The notes under the pieces are model-generated. The model saw only the letters and a program-made list of their open reading frames with translations, was not told where the DNA came from and did no database searches. A DNA stretch of 56,518 nucleotides from Flavobacteriales bacterium (GTDB taxonomy: Bacteria; Bacteroidota; Bacteroidia; Palsa-965): NCBI GenBank assembly GCA_040377305.1, contig JBEIPA010000033.1:1-56518 (forward strand). The letters run 5' to 3'. The position numbers and the translations under genes were made by a program. Positions 54,344 to 56,518 of this stretch are shown in pieces (the stretch's first letter is position 1; the number at the start of each line of letters is the position of its first letter).

Positions 54344-56341
54344 ATGAAGAAAATCTTTACACTCGCAATCCTTTTGTCCGGAGTAATGCTGAATGCACAG
54401 TATTACTACAACGACTACTCAACTGCTCTTGCAAATCCGGGCGGACTAAACGCTGATGCTGAATATCCATCTGGTGGCGGACTCGATCCGGCTTGGGTGC
54501 AGGTTCACGCAGGTGGTGCTGCTCCATCGTGGTCAGCTAACCAGACAATTCCGTTCGCATTTGACTTCAATGGCAGTCCTGTAACGCAGTACAAAATTTC
54601 TAACTCGGGTACGCTTACGTTCGACGTTGCAACTGCAGTTGCGGCTCCGGCATTCGCTTCGGTTGCTCTCCCATCTGCTACAATCCCTGATATGTCTGTT
54701 GTGATCAGCGGACTTTCCGGCACGGGTGCGAATGACTTTGTGATGAAGAAGAACTTCGGTTCAGCTCCTAACCGTCAGCACTGGTTGTTTTTCACATCTT
54801 ACACAACTTCTACGGGTTACACGTACTGGTCAATAATGCTTGAAGAAACTACAAACAGAATTTATGTAGTTGATCAGCGTTCAAGTGTTCAGATGACGAA
54901 CCTTGCGATCGGAATTCAGACGAACTCTTCAACGGCTTATGCATTGAATGGTGGTACTAACAATGTAAGCTCAGTTGCTGGTGCAGATCCACTTCAGGGT
55001 GACAACGGTTACTACGAATTTGTTCCGGGGACCCGCCCATCGAATGATATGGCTGCTATTTCAGAAACAAACGGCACGTATCTCATCTTAAGTCAGGCCC
55101 CATTCAGTATCAACACGTACTTCCGTTCATTTGGTTCTTCTAACGTAACTTCTTACGACATGAACTACTCTGTAAACGGTGGTCCTGCTGTTACCGGAAA
55201 CATTTCAAGCGTAAACATTGCAACTCAGGGCGGAACTAACGCAACACATCCTACAGGTTGGAATCCAGCGGTAAGTGGAGCATACAACTTTCAGGTGTGG
55301 GCAAGCAACATCAATGGAAATACAGACGGCGACAACTCAAACGATACGCTTTCATTTCTCGTAACGGTTGTTGATACCCTGGTTCCGCGAGTGACACTCC
55401 TTGAAGTGTTCACATCATCAACTTGCGTTCCTTGCGTTGCAGGTAATGCGAACATGGACAATAACGTTGTGCCGAATCTGTCACCGAACGAGTATACAAT
55501 CATCAAGTATCAGCAGGATTTCCCTGGAGTTGGTGACCCATACAATACGACGGAGTCTGTTAACCGTCGTCTCGATTATGGTATCAATTCAATTCCACGT
55601 ATGGAAATTGATGGTCAGTGGGATTTGAATGCGTCGCAGTTTACGGTGCCGGTATTTAATTCGTATCAGGATGTTCCTGCTTTCATGGAGATTGCAATTG
55701 GTACCGCGTATTATAGTGGAAACAATGTTACGATAGGCGCACAAATATTGCCTCTTATTAATTACTCTGGTAATACGTACGCGTATCACGTAGTTGTAAT
55801 AGAGAACATGACTACAGGTAATGTTGCTTCGAACGGTGAAACTTCTTTCAATCAGGTAATGATGAATATGCACCCGAATGAAAACGGAACTGCAGTTACT
55901 TCATTAGTTGCAAATACACCAATCAACGTCAACTTCACAATCCCGATGGGTGCTACTAACGTTGAGCAGATGTCTGATCTGAAAGTGGTTATTTTCGTTC
56001 AGAACACAGCTACAATGGAAGTTCTTCAGAGCGCGTGGATGGACATCACTCCTAATTCAGTTGCAGACATTGATGCTAACGGTAACGGTATCACTAAAAT
56101 GTATCCAAACCCTGCATCTGAAAACGTAACGATGGAGTATCAGGTTGGTCAAAGCCAGGAAGTAAGCTGGACAATGACAAACGCACTTGGCGAAACTGTT
56201 CTTCAGAACCAGAACGTACAAGCAACACAAGGTGCTAATCAAATCAACATCGGCACTGCAGGACTTGCAACAGGTGTTTACTTCATGAACCTTACAACCA
56301 GCGAAGGAGTATTTACTCAGCGCGTTGTAATTGCGGAGTAG
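54344..56341 (+). CDS. T9SS type A cargo with Omp28-like thioredoxin-fold domain
   Basis: Signal peptide, LLEVFTSSTCVPC, VV.FVQ, YPNPA..GVYF C-terminal domain. Confidence 0.88.
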   Translation: MKKIFTLAILLSGVMLNAQYYYNDYSTALANPGGLNADAEYPSGGGLDPAWVQVHAGGAAPSWSANQTIPFAFDFNGSPVTQYKISNSGTLTFDVATAVAAPAFASVALPSATIPDMSVVISGLSGTGANDFVMKKNFGSAPNRQHWLFFTSYTTSTGYTYWSIMLEETTNRIYVVDQRSSVQMTNLAIGIQTNSSTAYALNGGTNNVSSVAGADPLQGDNGYYEFVPGTRPSNDMAAISETNGTYLILSQAPFSINTYFRSFGSSNVTSYDMNYSVNGGPAVTGNISSVNIATQGGTNATHPTGWNPAVSGAYNFQVWASNINGNTDGDNSNDTLSFLVTVVDTLVPRVTLLEVFTSSTCVPCVAGNANMDNNVVPNLSPNEYTIIKYQQDFPGVGDPYNTTESVNRRLDYGINSIPRMEIDGQWDLNASQFTVPVFNSYQDVPAFMEIAIGTAYYSGNNVTIGAQILPLINYSGNTYAYHVVVIENMTTGNVASNGETSFNQVMMNMHPNENGTAVTSLVANTPINVNFTIPMGATNVEQMSDLKVVIFVQNTATMEVLQSAWMDITPNSVADIDANGNGITKMYPNPASENVTMEYQVGQSQEVSWTMTNALGETVLQNQNVQATQGANQINIGTAGLATGVYFMNLTTSEGVFTQRVVIAE

Positions 56342-56367
56342 TCGAAGATAGATAATAGAATAAATAT

Positions 56368-56408
56368 AAAGCCCCGATAGCACTTGCTGTCGGGGCTTTC
56401 TTTTTTTT
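56368..56408 (+). terminator. Intrinsic terminator
   Basis: AAAGCCCCGATAGC..GCTGTCGGGGCTTT followed by T tract. Confidence 0.9.
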
Positions 56409-56518
56409 ATCCTATCATCCTATCATCCTATCATCCTATCATCCTATCATCCTATCATCCTATCATCCTATCATCCTATCATCCTATCATCCTATCATCC
56501 TATCATCCTATCATCCTA
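56409..56518. repeat. Perfect octamer tandem repeat (ATCCTATC)n, at least 13.75 copies, runs off the window
   Basis: 110 nt of uninterrupted 8-bp units. Confidence 0.98.

Noticed and set aside
342-56383. Numerous antisense or overlapping ORFs in the six-frame track (e.g. 1230-1664, 7200-7682, 17876-18388, 46108-46701) and extended starts (3360, 6062, 28015, 35466, 39503)
   Set aside because: They shadow well-supported genes, lack motifs, or run through predicted promoters.
56409-56518. Telomere or eukaryotic contamination
   Set aside because: Directly contiguous with a typical Bacteroidota gene and terminator; no other support.

Overview
Ordinary chromosomal segment of a Bacteroidota bacterium (T9SS C-terminal domains, PorP/PorE-like genes, fused ccoNO, TAnnTTTG -7 promoter elements). 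No rRNA, tRNA, CRISPR array, transposase or prophage was recognised. Three regulatory blocks can be read from the DNA. (1) 1-26.3 kb: a microoxia island. It holds a FixL-like PAS kinase, a REC-Crp/Fnr fusion regulator, a complete cbb3 oxidase locus, USP, DoxX, TerB-like, desaturase, Mla-type ABC and HPF genes. Seven promoters share one geometry: TGA-N6-(T/G)CA, 10 nt, a second box, exactly 23 nt, then a TAnnTTTG-like element. (2) 27.5-32.2 kb: a LytTR regulator, a beta-propeller LytS-type kinase and a small acidic Gly/Asp-repeat lipoprotein. The lipoprotein promoter carries a 21-bp-period LytTR-type direct repeat, which suggests a peptide-signalling cassette. (3) 33-54 kb: a T9SS type-B adhesin cassette and a stress-gene island around a GAFTGA-containing NtrC-family regulator, with eight sigma54-like promoters and a recurring GTGGA-N6-TCCAC-like site. 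Other observations: REP-like palindromes, three equivalent 24-nt in-frame insertions in the propeller kinase, and a terminal (ATCCTATC)n tract. All family calls come from motif recognition by eye; no database search was run.
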